DNA of 64,000 nucleotides from Eledone cirrhosa. Taxonomy: Eukaryota. A program made the position numbers and the translations under genes. Every line of letters starts with the position of its first letter. Position 1 is the stretch's first letter. The stretch lies in assembly GCA_964016885.1 (NCBI GenBank), contig OZ024750.1, forward strand, positions 54,622,001 through 54,686,000, written 5' to 3'. The notes below the pieces were generated by a model. The model saw only the letters and a list, made by a program, of their open reading frames with translations. It was not told where the DNA came from and ran no database searches. This document shows positions 1 to 13,421 of this stretch, one piece after another.

Positions 1-850
1 CAATTGTATATTGAAAATTGTATATAAAAAAACTCAGTAAAGGAAATGAAGTCAATAAGTGAATAATATAGGTGTAATATAAAATAAGTGTTGAATGTGT
101 ATCGTATGTGTGATGAAAGTCCAGGGTATTTGAAATAAGAGAGAGTGTTCAAGGTAGATGAGTATCCAAAATGGTGTTATGATGCCGGGAAAGGAGATGA
201 GTTCTTATATGTGGGCAAAATTAAAAAATTTCAGAATTTAAATTAAGACAAGTAATGGGAGATTTCAAATTTTGTAGAATCCTGTATTTTTCTGTTACAC
301 ACAAGGTACACCTTCTTGTGCCTTTTACATATTCTTTTGATTGGTCTAAAATAGACCAATCAATTTCATATAGGATCCCACACTCTATTTGCCAACGCCG
401 TAGTTTTCTTTTTTTTTCTGGTGTTGAAAGAAAGCAATGTGTGCATAGTATCTTTTTTTTAAAGTATCCTAACCCTAACCCACATCATTCTCCAGCAGCA
501 GGTTGTTTGGCATTAGGAAGGGTATCCAGCTGTAGAAACTTTTCCAAAATGGAATGTATCAACAAGAAATAGTTGTCTTACCTATCTGTCTAGCCTCTAT
601 GTGATGACCTCTCTAACCCATGCAACGTGGAAAATAAATGTAAATTGGTGATGATTTTATCCATATGTGATTATAATGGAGTATTCCACTATTAATTTTG
701 CTAATACTAACAATAAGTATTATTCTAATTGTATAAGGAAAATTAATAATAACATCTAAATTATAATAAAGTAAGAAGCACGGGACTGCGTACGGTTTAT
801 AATTTGTTATCCCCTTAGTAAAATAAGTTGGATTACTTTGAATAAATAAT

Positions 851-1038
851 TGTTTCTACTTTTGGCACAAGGCCAGCAATTACCCAATCCATTACTGGTA
901 CTTTATTTTATCGACCCCGTAAGGATAAAAGGCAAAGTTAACCTCGGCGGGATTTGAACTCAGATCATAAAGGGCCGTAACTCTATGCTTCAAAGCATGG
1001 TGTCCGACTCTCTACCAATACTGCCAATCCACCGCCCT
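851..1038 (-). mobile_element. tRNA-derived SINE, full length, with 15-bp target site duplication (TSD)
   Basis: Minus strand has A box TGGCAGTATTGG, B box GAGTTCAAATCC and central GCCTTTTATCCTTACGGGGTCGATAAAATAAAGTACC (resembles the Meta/MESC domain, from memory). TSD ctttgaataaataat at 836-850 and 1039-1053. Confidence 0.85.
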
Positions 1039-1509
1039 CTTTGAATAAATAATGAATGAATATTACATAATTTATCTACTAAATTTCGTGGCTTCTCATT
1101 AAATATATTTTATTATTTATTTAAAGATTCACTTCTTTAAAATTTTCAAATGTCAACACTTCCGGTTAGCAATCGTTTAAATAAATATTTATATATTTCT
1201 CCTAATGCAGTTTATATATAATATCGTCTTTTTTAATGTATCGTGGATTGTGTTACTGATTACATAAGACAATGTAACGCATTCTTCGTTCACTTTCTGT
1301 GTATATTGTCAATTACGATTTTATTTGATCATATCTACATGTATATATACTTGCGTATAATATCAATATACACACTTCACATGCTAGCAGAAAACCACCC
1401 TCGGGTGGTTTGCTGCTAGGGTGGTTTTTCTGCTAGTTATGAATAATAATAATGATGTAATGCTTTTTACCTGAACCTATAATTTTGCATGTTGCAACAA
1501 CTCCATGTA

Positions 1510-4500
1510 CAATCATCATCATCGTTTAACGTCCATTTTCCATGCTATCATGGGTTAGACGGTTTGTCCCATTTGATTCAAGTTGGGTCAGATGACCGTG
1601 TCTTGCTCATATAGCTTCCATCAGTTTTGATCGCCCTGCATATTTTTATACAGCTGTCATCCTTCATATGTATCTCATGCCTATACCAACACAATCTCTT
1701 CTCCTGCATACTGCATCTAATACCTAATTTTTCTCTTAATTCATTTTCACTTTGCCGTTCATGTATATTACACATCCATCAGAGCATGCATACTTCATTT
1801 TTTTCCAGTCTTCGCAGGTCCTCTACAAAGTGCCCAGGTCTCACTACCATGTAACATTGCTGTTCGTATACATGCATCGTACAATCTGCCTTTTATTTTT
1901 AGGGAAAAACCCCTTTAGTAGCGGTAGTAGCTCTCTGAACTCTCTCCATCCTGTTCTTACTCTGGCTACTGTACTTTTGGAACACCCTCCTCTACTTCTG
2001 ATTTCATCACCCAAGTAATGGAAATTGTCGACTATTTCTATAGAACCGTCTGGGCATTTGAAGGAGCTAGTATCCAGCAGGCACTTGCTACTTACTGCAC
2101 CTGAGCATCGACCACATATAAAACCTACAATCTTTGATAGCCTGCCTTTGATCCCTCTACATTTTTTTATGTACCCATAGTTTGCATTTGGGACATAGGA
2201 TGTCTACTCCTTTCCTGCACACTGAGCAAGGCCATTTCCCAGAGGTGATCTGGACCTTGTTTTCCTTTCTACATACTAGTACTTTAGTTTTTGTCAGGTT
2301 AACTTTAAGACCTTTTGATTCTAGGCCATACTTCCAGGTTTGGAATTTCTTCTCTAATTCTGCCATAGATTCAGTTATGAGAGTTAAATCGTCTGCATAC
2401 AGAAGTTCCCAAAGGCAGCCAGTCTTAAACTCTTCTGTTATAGCCTGTAGGGCAATAATAAACAGGAGAGGGCTAAGGGTGGAGCTCTGGTAGACACCTA
2501 CTTGTATGCTAAATTCTTCACTATATTCATTGTTAATTCTAACCTTGCTGACTGTTCCTCTATACAAGGCTTGTACAGCCTGCACAAGCCACTCATCTAC
2601 TCCTAGTTTTCTAAGAGCCCATCAGATAATGGTACGGGGGACTCTGTCAAAGCCTTTCTCCAAGTCAACTAAAGCTAAGTAGCGGGGTTTACTTTTAGCT
2701 AGGTACTTCTCCTGGTATCCATGATACTTTTACCTGGCACAAATCCAAACTCCATTTCATCCAGGTTAATTTAGTCCCTAATCAGCTGTGCGATGACTCT
2801 TTCTGTCACCTTCATGATAAGGTAACAGTTGACGATGATGCTGCTACGCCAGTCATCGGGTATTACTCCATTCTGTATTACTTGGTTTACTGTACAGGTG
2901 ACTATGGTGTTCCCACCACCCCGGCGGATGTTTTCAGCATCTCAGCAACTATCCCCGAAGGTCCAGCTGCCTTGCCTGTCTTCATATCTTTGATTGCCTT
3001 ACTTACTATACTACTACTAACTTCTGTTGGGTTAACTTCATTCTCCACATTTAGTAGTCTTTCATAGTGGCACTTCCATGCTGCTCTCTTTTCAGCATTG
3101 GTGAGGGCAAGTACACCTTCGTCATTACAGACACATTTCTCCCCGACAGTATCACAATTCTCCTTGACACATTGTCTCACAATCCTGAACAACTCACGCC
3201 TGCTTCCCTTCTTACAAAGTATACTTGCCACCTAACTTCTCTCCTAGCCACCTGGTAGTGTTATCTACTTCCTCCATCCCACCATTCTTTCCATGCCCGC
3301 CTTTTGTCCTTGTCTCCTCCACCCTACTGTTCCACCACCAAGTCATCTCCTTCTCCTACAGGCCTGCTCCAGCCATAGATGTCATGTGTCACCTTCAGTA
3401 GCTTATCTTGCAGGTATTCCCCCTGCTCCTCTATATTGTATGTCTCTATTTTCTCTTCCTTATTCTCAAAAGCATCAAGTAACATGCCTCTAAATTTGTT
3501 TCTGACTGTGGGATCCTTCAACTTCCACATTCTTCTCTTTATCGTTTAGCCCTGACTACAAGGTCACTAACTATTAGGTTATGTTGAGAGGTGCATTCTT
3601 CACCAGGAAGGCACTTTGTGTTTACAACAGTCACTCTGTCTCATCTTCTGGTAAGGATAAAATGTATCTGGCTGGTATGCTCTCCTGAACTATAAGTGAT
3701 CAAGTGATTGTCTCGTTTTTTGAAGTTTATGTTATAGATAATTAGGTTATTAGTGTCACCGAATTCCAGGATCCTCTAACCTTCTTCATTTCTAGTTCGA
3801 AACATAACCTCCATGTATATCGTCATAACCATCACAGTGTTGTCCAACATGCCCATTAAAGTCACCAGCAATAATTATGTAGTCACTGCCATTTATTTGG
3901 GAAGTAGTGTTCATTAGGGACTCATAGGACCTGTCTTTTATAACGTCTGATAGACCAGAATGGGATGCATAAGCAGATATAATTGACACAGTTGTTCTAT
4001 TTAGAACTAGTCTTATTTTAATGATTCTGTGGTTCACTCTATCTATGGCAATTACCTTATCTTCCCATTTTTCTGCTAGCATAATTCCTATTCTACCCAG
4101 CCCATTATCGTTACCTACCCAGAAAAATTTGTAGCATCGTTTTTTGCTCACAATGAATCTAGCTGACCCTCCCCTCCATATTGTCTCTTGTACACAGCAA
4201 ACATCAACTTTCTTTTGTTCAAGCACCTCTACAATCTTACTTGGTCATCCTTTCATCGTGCCTATGTTCATGGTACCAACTCTGAAGTTATAGAGTTCAC
4301 TGGGAGAGAGGGAGGAAGTCGGGGCTGAAAGTTCAGGGAGAAGAGTGGGAGATGTGTTGGTTTGGGTTTGCCTAAAGAATGTTTGCGTAGTCATCCGGAG
4401 ATGGGGGGGTGAATTCATCTTTGTCTTTATCAGTCCTCCGACTCTCCATCTCTAGTTCATTCATCATACGAACCAGGTCTACGGAGGAGTAGTAGCAGAA

Positions 4501-4600
4501 GTAGTGGCTTTTGCAATTAGAAGTTTGAATTAGTGAAAACATACTATATGTTGATGAAATTTGGTTGGTCCAAATAACTATGGTGGTGTGGGGGGTGGAC
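1510..4600 (-). mobile_element. Decayed near-full-length RTE-clade LINE (AP endonuclease + reverse transcriptase, RT)
   Basis: ORF fragments: 3792-4226 endonuclease (VQET..W, AGDFNGHVG), 2902-3231 (GKAAGPSGI), 2157-2585 RT (LYADD). (GAT)n tail at about 1514-1523. Many frameshifts. Confidence 0.9.
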
Positions 4601-5099
4601 GGGATTGATATTGGATGCCTTTAAAAAGAGTCAATTCAAAGATCGTAGGAAGAAAAAGTTTCTGCTGGAAACAAGAAAGTAATTAATAAATAATGTGTCT
4701 GAATGAACTCCACAGATGTAGGTGTATAAGTGGCAGAAAGAATTTTACAATTACTTGTTTGAACTTCAATAGTTTTTATATCTAATTGCTTGCTTTACAG
4801 CTAGTGTTTGATGTGCTGTTTATTCTTATTACTTTTCGAATTTAGTAAACTTTGTTCCTTATCACATTTCCTGAAGAAATGCAGTGGCTTACCATCTGAT
4901 ATCTGTCCAAAGCTACGTACTGTAGCTTCCTTAAATTGCAACTCAGCACCACATGAAAGTTTTAGCCTATGCAACGATGGGCAGATATGGAAATTTGTTA
5001 AGTCTGGTGAGACATGGAAAAAGGATACCAGCTGGTCTGAGCATATTGTACCCACAATAGCTAGCAATGAAATTGCTGTGGGAAACTAAACAAGAACAA

Positions 5100-6880
5100 C
5101 CTGCCATCCCCTATATATCATCATAAGCTAAAATCCAGATACAAATTATTGTCCTTGAATGCTCGTAGTTTGTGCAACAAGATCCATCTTTTTGATTCTT
5201 ACATCAAAAGTATCGACTCTGATTTCATTACAGTCAAGGAAACATGGGCACATTCCTTACTCTGTGATGGTGTTTTTATCATAGCTGGCTACAACTTGTT
5301 TTGCAAAGACCACATTAATTGCCGTGGTGGTGTAATGGTCTACGTTTCTTCAAACTTTTCAGCAATTCCTTGTGTTGATTTGAAACAATCACAAGAAGTA
5401 TTTTTCTGCAATATACGTTGACCATATCAACAATTCTACTTCGAGTTGTTTACCATCAAGACACACAGATTTTTGATATCCTCAGAGCTACTGCCAGGAA
5501 AACAGCCACTTATGTTTTCATTGCAGGGGACTTCAATCACCCTGAGATTGATTGGGAAACCTTTCGTTGGCTGCAAAGTGCAAATGATTTCCTTGAACTA
5601 GTGCTGGACTTGAACTGGTCCCAAGTAGTCACCTCCCCAACAAGAGATGACAACACTTTGGATCTACTTTTTACCACTACACCTGAAACAGTTATTAGTG
5701 TCACTACTGAGGAACCTTTAGGTGACTCTAATCATGTTATGATCATTGCCAATCCGTCTCTTGTAGGCAGTAACAAAAACTACAACCATCTCCAAGCTGC
5801 TCGCTTTGATTGGAATAAAGCAGACTGGAATTATTGCTGTACTGAGCTACAACACCCAAACTGGCTTGAATTTTACGACTCTGGAGATGTGAACACTATA
5901 CTTCAGAACATCCTGAATTTAATATGAACAGCATATGCAACATCAATACCACATAAGCACAAAAATACATCCCAAAAGTGCAATTCAGGAGATTGCAGCT
6001 GTCTGACTTGTGAACAGGAATACAGACTTCATAGATCAGAGGTTAATAAAAAAAAAAGTGCAATAGATCATCCAACCATCTCAAACAGGTCGCAAAAAAG
6101 GCAGCGTTTAATTTGAACAGCATGTAGCAACCAACCCTGACAGCAAAGTGTCCTGGAAATATGTACATCCAAAGCAGAGACCTCACTCTCTTTGCAATCC
6201 TCACACATGCAGATTACAGATGATTTCATAGAATGCACAAAACTCATTGCTGAATTACCATTGAAAACCAAAATGTACCGTCTTCACCACCTCTGACATC
6301 AAATTCTATAACAACTATACCTCTCCTTGTCTTGATGGTGTTACATACCAGCTTCCCAAACATAGCAACTGTTGCTGTGCAAAATATATGCAGCAGTCAA
6401 CAAGTTAAAGCTATATATAGCTATAGTGCGTCCACACTTAGAATTCGCATCACCCCTATCTTGCTCATAATATTGATCTCCTAGAAACTGTTCAAAGACA
6501 TGCAACCAAACAAATATCTTCCATCAGGCATCTACCATACTCTGAACGCCTTGCTTCCCTGGGCATGGATACATTAAAGCTCTGATGTCTGGCAACTAAC
6601 TTGGTAAACACCCACAAGATTATTAACCATCTTTCCAACAACAACCCTGATCACCTTTTTGAATTTCATATGTCTAACACCTGTGAACATGCTTACAAGA
6701 TCAGAAAACACTACAGCTCCCATGACTTGAAGAAATTTCACACTAGGGGTTGCTGAAACATGGAACAAACTACCTGCATCAGTTGTTAACTGTTGGGACA
6801 CTGCATCCTTCAAAACTTCCATGCTTCCCGAAATTCGCCATCACTGCACCTGATATTTCCCCTCCATATACACACACGCA
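5100..6880 (+). mobile_element. Decayed CR1/L2-like LINE with internal deletion
   Basis: AP endonuclease in 5149-5927 (SLNARSL, GDFNHP, TLDLLF, SNH). C-terminal VRPHLEFA-type remnant at about 6425-6800. Confidence 0.75.
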
Positions 6881-7289
6881 TATCTGTGTATATATCATGA
6901 CTCATACACTGTTCACTTTCCTGACATTTGTACATTATTATATGTACTATATTGGGTCGATAAAATAAAGTACCAGTAATGCACTGGTTAATTGCTGGCC
7001 TTGTGCCAAAAGTAGAAACAATTAATCTATGTACTATATATGCACCTTTGATGAGTTGTAATGCACCTGGGCTATGTACACAATAATTTCATTATATTAT
7101 ATATATATTATTGTTCATTATATTATATATATATTCCACACTGTAAACGTGGTTGGTGTTAGGAAGGGCATCCAGCCGTACAAAACCCGCCAGACAGTCC
7201 TATACGAGCAAGACAACCAATCTTGCCTCATGTGGAACAATTCCTGTCTAAACCCATGCTAGCGTGGAAGATAGACATTAAACGATGAT

Positions 7290-8553
7290 GATGATGATGA
7301 TTGTGAGAGTTATACAAGACATGTATAAAGAAACAGTCAGCAAGGTTAGGACTAACAATGAATATAGTGAAGAATTTAGCGTAAAAGTTGGCGTTCATCA
7401 AGGCTCTGTCCTTAGCCCCCTCCTGTTTATTATTGCCCTTCAGGCTATAACAGAGGAGTTCAAGACCAGCTGTCTTCTATATGCAGATGATCTAACTCTC
7501 ATAGCTGAATCTATGGCTGAACTAGAGAAGAAATTTGAAACATGGAAGCATGGCCTAGATTCAAAAGGCCTTAAAGTTAATTTGTCTAAGACTAAAGTTC
7601 TAGTATGTAGAAAGGAAAATATGTCCCAACTGCAAACTATGGGTACATAAAAGATGTAGTGGGATCACAGGCAGGTTATCTAAGAATGTAGATTTTAAAT
7701 GCGGCCGATGCTCCTTCTACTGCCCAGATGGTTCTATAGAAATAGTGGGCACTTTCTGTTACCTGGGAGACAAAAGCAGTGGTGGAGGGTGCTCTGAAAG
7801 TACAGTAGCCAGATTAGAACGGGATGGAAAACGTTCAGAGAGCTTATACCGCTGTTGGCCACAAAAGGTTTCTCTCTAAAAATGAAAGGCAGATTGTATG
7901 ATGCCTGTATACGAACAACAATGTTACATGGCAGTGAGACATGGTCATTGTGTGCAGAGGACCTGCGCAGACTGGAAAGGAACGAAGTATGCATAAAAAA
8001 GTGCAGGGCAATCAAAATTGATGGAAGTTACAGAGTAGGTAGACCCAAAAAACCCGGGACGACATTGTACACTTGCACTTCTCTAAGACAATGTCACTGG
8101 ATCGAGATCTCCGGCGCTACACAGAAATACAGAAGACCTCCCTTCCCTACGTGCAAAGTTAACCTACAGTCAGTAGGCCCCTCCAAACAAAACATACACC
8201 CCAACCCACTACCCCTATTCCATCCTTCCACTCCTGCCAACACCACCCTTTCTTTATAAAGTTATGTTGGTACCACAACATCCAGTCCAAACTAAGGAGG
8301 TCATGAAAGGTGTCACGACAAAAAAAAACACAGTCCACACTGTAATGTGGTCGTGTAGGAGACACGGTAAAAAGCTCCCAATCCACACTGTAAATGTGGT
8401 TGGTGTTAGGAAGGGCATCCAGCCGTAGAAAACCTGCTAGACAGTCCTATACGAGCGAGACACGGTCACCCGACCAATCTTGTCTCAAGTGGAACAATTC
8501 TCGGCTAACCCATGCTAGCGTTGAAGATAAATGTTAAATGATAATGATGATGA
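7290..8553 (+). mobile_element. 5'-truncated RTE LINE (RT and 3' UTR)
   Basis: GVHQGSVLSPLLF and LYADD in ORF 7285-7650; MLHGSETW in 7855-8259; 3' UTR ends in (GAT)n. Confidence 0.88.
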
Positions 8554-8766
8554 TATAGTTTATTATGTGAGTAACTTGTGGTTACTAGCGGCAATGCTGT
8601 TACGGGGTCTGTCTCTCATTGGGTTGTGATCCAGGTTTAAGGTGGCTGTAGTTTGCCGAGTGTATATCATCATCATCATCATCATCATTTTATGTCCGCT
8701 TTTCCCTGCTTGCAAGATAGAGTGATAATAAGAAGTCAGATTTGCAGCTTTTTATGAAACTTTATT

Positions 8767-8854
8767 GCATATTATAATTATTTCGATATCGATCAACTTC
8801 GGTTTGACCAGGCAATCGGATCCCAACTCTTAATCAACACTTCTTCAGATATGC
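8767..8854 (-). ncRNA. Type I hammerhead ribozyme with extended stem II
   Basis: Minus strand reads gcatat CTGAAGA [agtgttgattaa...ttgatcgatatc] GAAA taatta TA atatgc. Stem I is a perfect 6 bp and stem III is palindromic. Confidence 0.8.
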
Positions 8855-8885
8855 GAGTTTACATGGGTGGTCCCATCCAAACTGT

Positions 8886-8932
<47 letters not shown>

Positions 8933-9094
8933 CATATGCAATTATATGTATTATGTTTGTATTTACAGTAGTATGTTAATAATTGCTAATTAATTATTTC
9001 CGATTGTTTTCATATGCATGTACTATTGTAACTGTATTGAAACAGATGTAGAAATTAAAAAATGGATTTAAGTTGTTAACCTTGTTCTTTTCTC

Positions 9095-10859
9095 ACCCCC
9101 AGCCAGTAACAAATTTAGAGATATTTTGCTTGATGCCTACAACAGTAAGGCAGAACAAATAGAGACATTCAATATAGAAGAGCATTGGGAGTTCCTGAAA
9201 GATAATCTACTGAAGGCAACAAATGAGATCTGTGGATGGAGCAATGCTACAGAGAGAAGGAGAGTGACTTGGTGGTGGAACAATATGGTAGATGTGACAA
9301 AGCCAAGAGACAGGCATGGAAAAAAATGGAAGAATTGGAGAAGCAGGATACACTACATAGAAGCCAGGAGGGGAGCTAGGTGATAAGTATACTTTGCAAG
9401 GAGGGAAGCAGAAGATAAAAAATTTCAAGCATGTCTTGCAGTGTGAAGACCAAAAATTTGAGGTGTTCAGGATTGCCAGGCAGTGCGTTTGGGAAAATTG
9501 TGATGTTGAGAAGTGTGTCCATGCACTTGGCCTCAAACATGCTGAGAAGAAAGCTGCGTGGAAGAGCCATTATGAAAGATTATTAAATGAGGAGAATGCA
9601 TGGGAGAAAGAAACTCTACTCCAAGTGGACCCAGAAGTACAAGTCAGCAGCAGTGTAGTAAGTAAGGCAATTAAGGATATGAAGCATATCCTTCATAGAA
9701 TCCAGTCCATTGAGGATAGTTGCCGAGATGCTGAAAGCATCTGGGTCAATGGGTCACACCTTAACCACACATATTGTAAACCAAGTAATACTAAATGGTG
9801 TCATACTGAAGGATTGGCGCAGCATGGCCAAGAAACAAAGGGTCTTAAAGTCAACCTGACAAAGACTAAGGTCCTAGTAAGTAGAATGGCAAACAGATCC
9901 GTGATCCTCTGGGGAGATGGCCTAATGGCCTTGCTTAGTATGTAGGAAAGGCATAGGTAGAAATTCCATCCTCTATCCCAAAAGCAAACTATGGGTACAC
10001 AAGAGATGTAGTGATCTCTGGAAGTTTAACTAAGAATTTAGGCTTTACATGTAGCCATTGCGCCAGGACAGTATGCAACAAACAACCACAGGAAACAAAC
10101 GCTATCAAATTCTGGAAAGGTTCGGTAGAAACAGAAGATATCATCTGCTGGGTGACAAATTTGAGGAGGTGTGTGTTCAAAAGTACTGTAACCAGAGTGA
10201 GAACAAGATGGAAGAAGTTCAAGGAGCTATTACCACTGCTAGCTGCAAAAGGCTTTTCCCTCAAAATGAAAGGCAGACTCTATGTTGCATGGATACAAAC
10301 AGCAATGTTGCATGGTAGTGAGACTTGGGCACTGTATGCTGAGAATTTGCGAAAATTGGAAAGAAATTAAACCTGCATGCTCTGATGGATGTGTAACAGT
10401 AATATATGTGATGGCAAAGTATAAATGAACTGAGAGAGAAACTAGTGATAAGAGAAATCAGATGAAGTGTGCAGGGGAGGAGATTCGATTGGTATGGACA
10501 AGTGATGCATATGAAGGATGACACCTGTATAAAAAAGTGCAAAGCACTCAAAGTTGGTGAAAGCCATGGAGTGGGGAGACCCAGGCAGACTTGGAATGAG
10601 GTGATAAAAGCTGACCTTGCACAATTGCACATCCTCACGCCCCCACTGTAAAGTGGACATGTAGGTGTCATGACAAAAAGCACCCAGCACACACTCTAAA
10701 TGTGGTTGGCATTAGGAAGGGCATCCAGCCGTAAAAACCAAGACAATATCAGTTCTGTATGAGTATGACATGTTCAACTGATATGGCCTAGCTCACAACA
10801 GTACAACTCGTCTAACCAATGCTAGCATGGAAAAATGGATGTTAAACGGTGATGATGAT
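9095..10859 (+). mobile_element. Internally deleted RTE LINE fragment
   Basis: TWWWN, WKSHYERLLN and MLHGSETW motifs; (GAT)n tail. Confidence 0.85.
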
Positions 10860-11085
10860 CATATATATGTATATAGTGGTAGACAACTGAGAGGTTATAT
10901 TCGTCGTAGTAGAGCACTCAGTCCATGTTGCGGAACTGATATCTATATATATACACACACACTCAAATAAATCCCAGTACACTGTTGTGTAACTGTGTAG
11001 TAAGATATAAACTGCTGTGTAACTGTGTTTGTGAGACTGTTAAACTATGAACTGCTGCCTAAATACTAATGTTGTCTCTTTTCAG

Positions 11086-11178
11086 GGTTATGGCCAAGCT
11101 GACCACTCCATCACTGCTGCAATTCTTAACCGGAAGTTTCCTGAACACAAAGTGAAATGGTCCAATGAGGGGTATTAG
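11086..11178 (+). CDS. PHPT1: Last coding exon of a 14-kDa phosphohistidine phosphatase (PHPT1 / janus-ocnus family) gene
   Basis: Polypyrimidine tract and acceptor ttttcag, then GYGQADHSITAAILNRKFPEHKVKWSNEGY*. This matches the recalled family C-terminus (human [30 protein letters not shown]). Upstream exons not found in the window. Confidence 0.88.
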   Translation, partial: GYGQADHSITAAILNRKFPEHKVKWSNEGY

Positions 11179-12000
11179 ATTGAAGAGTCCACTATGTCTG
11201 ACCAATGGATTAGTAGAATATTTGTTGTTTTGGTTAAGAGATCTTGTTTTACCCACACACAATATCCCCTCCCCAACACTATCTACATCACACACAAACA
11301 CACATACATATCTATTATACATGTTTAATGACTGTCCCTCTCTCACTCTTTAACCCCCCCCCCCATCCCCCAGCCCTAATTCAGCACAATTTCCCACAAT
11401 CCTTCAGTATTTTTTTCTTTTGTCACTTCTTCAGTGTTTTAACTTCCCAGGAGTAAGTTTGGTCTACTTTGGTGAGAGGTCTGCCTGCCTGTCTGGCTGA
11501 TATATTGATACATGTAACTCTATTGTGAGAGAGAGAGAGAGAATGAATGTGTGTCTGTGTGATTCCAATGTTTGAACTTGTCTTCACTGGGTGAAAAAGA
11601 CAATTCAGTTGGAGATTCTGCCCTGTCCAGCTGTCACAGGCATTGCCCACTCAAAGAATAGAAATGCTGTTACTTAGTTGCCATAGCAACAAGATGATGT
11701 AGAGAGACTATCTTGCTATTCACACATGTAGCATTCAATTTATATATCTCATAAATATAGACTGTTTTTCATGTCTTTTCTTTTCCAGTTTTTTTTTTAA
11801 TTCTCCTGAAATGTAATTGTGTTTGCTGCTTTAACTTTTAATATCTCTGCCACCTTTTGTTGTTTTTTTTTTTTCTTCATATCCTCTGTGGGTATTTTTG
11901 TATAAACTGTTGGTTTTTACAAGTCCTGTTCTCTTAAAAATAAACACAAAAAACTATCTTTAGCTTACCTACCACCGCATTAACATTTATTTTACACCTC
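11179..12000 (+). other. Probable 3' UTR of the PHPT1-like gene
   Basis: Non-repetitive U-rich sequence after the stop; AATAAA at 11939-11944. The true end is uncertain. Confidence 0.5.
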
Positions 12001-12863
12001 CAAAACTAATATTTTCAAGATCATTTTTTTTTTTTTTTTTTTTTTTATTTGTAATTGTCTGAAAGTTGTTCCTAAACTATTATCTACCAGTTCCACTAAA
12101 CTTTCCTCGAGAATGATTAACTGATAGTTTTTCGTTATTGATGCTGTAAGTCAAAAATGAAAGTGAATTGATGATAGCTAATGTATTTTGTATTGTGTAT
12201 TTTGTAATTGACATTGTTAAAATTATTTATTTAACAGGCTAAAGTACGTTTTGTGTATTTTAGTGATTTATGACATATAAATTACAAAATACACAATTCG
12301 AAACATTTTCATTATGCCTCATCAAATCACTTTCATTTTCCAGACACTTTCTAATGAAACTATACTTCTTAAAATATTTTTAATGCTTTCCTCTATCAGT
12401 TCCATCAACTTTCTCAGAGAATGGTGGTTAGTTAATATTAAAAATCATTATTTTACTTTTATGAACTTTTATATCTCAAATATGTATATTTAGCTGTAAC
12501 TAAATCATTCTGTCATTACCATAACAGAAGTCCGATGAGCTTTTGATTCCAGAGTCGGGCCCGATTGATACAGACTGACACCTACGCAACCACTTTACTG
12601 TGTATATATACACATACACATATATATATGTATATACATATATATATGTGGGATAACAAGTTATCATTTTTGGTAATCCAGTTAGAGGATGTTAGTACTC
12701 TGTAATATGGATAGTTTTAACGTACGGCGTTGTTTGACTCAACAAGAGGTTTCCTTAGTTAGGTGGCGAGTTTGTAAGAATTCCCATGTAGGTGATTCTT
12801 GGAGTAATGATAGTGAAAAAGTGAAGAATAACATGGTCAGCTGTACAAGAAGGATTTAATTTA

Positions 12864-12978
12864 CAGTATTAACAATTGTTTCATTGATCAGGTTAGTCTA
12901 AAGGCCGCTAATCTCTCAAAGTTGCATCACTCGACCTTAAATACAGTGTGTGTCTCTGATCAAATCATCGGAATACTG
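12864..12978 (-). ncRNA. Type I hammerhead, CCGAUGA core, long stem II
   Basis: cagtatt CCGATGA t-ttgatcag...ctgatcaa-t GAAA caattg TT aatactg. Inverted copy at 14581-14680 (+). Partial copy with a GTC site at about 47485-47558. Confidence 0.72.
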
Positions 12979-13421
12979 GAGGGTGTAACACATGGCATTG
13001 GTATTTATAGATACATCGAAGAATCAAGTACATGAAAACAATAACACCAATAATAAAAGATAATAAAAAAAAGTATTAAAAAATAAAAATGATAAAAAAA
13101 GTAAAAAATATGGTTATTGATAATAGTAGTCACATCACCTCCATTAAGATAAAACAATCAACCTACCAGACCTTAATCACCCATATATCATCACTGACCC
13201 TTTCACTTTTTATTCTCTATTTATCTATTTACTGTTCCTCGATCCTTAGTCCTATCCTTTATGTCTCATCCCCGAATCTTTATTCTTTATTCTCTATCTC
13301 CTGTTCTTTATCTCTTTCTCTCCTACTTTTTATTTTTTTGTATTTTTTGCATTTTTATTTTGCCAATTCATGAACTCAATACACTATATTAGCACGGCGT
13401 CAACTCAACATCATTTCGCCT

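Noticed and set aside
468-482. Telomere-like cctaaccctaacc
   Set aside because: Only about two units.
1384-1436. Small hairpin ctagcagaaaaccaccc/gggtggtt..ctgctag (similar case at 50357-50445)
   Set aside because: These are real short fold-backs, but I found no ribozyme core, TSD or other copy to support a function.
4801-5089. Overlapping short ORFs as a host gene
   Set aside because: No recognisable motif; directly upstream of a LINE endonuclease, so probably decayed ORF1 or UTR.
12527-12580. CCGATGA followed by a weak hairpin
   Set aside because: No GAAA or stem III follows.
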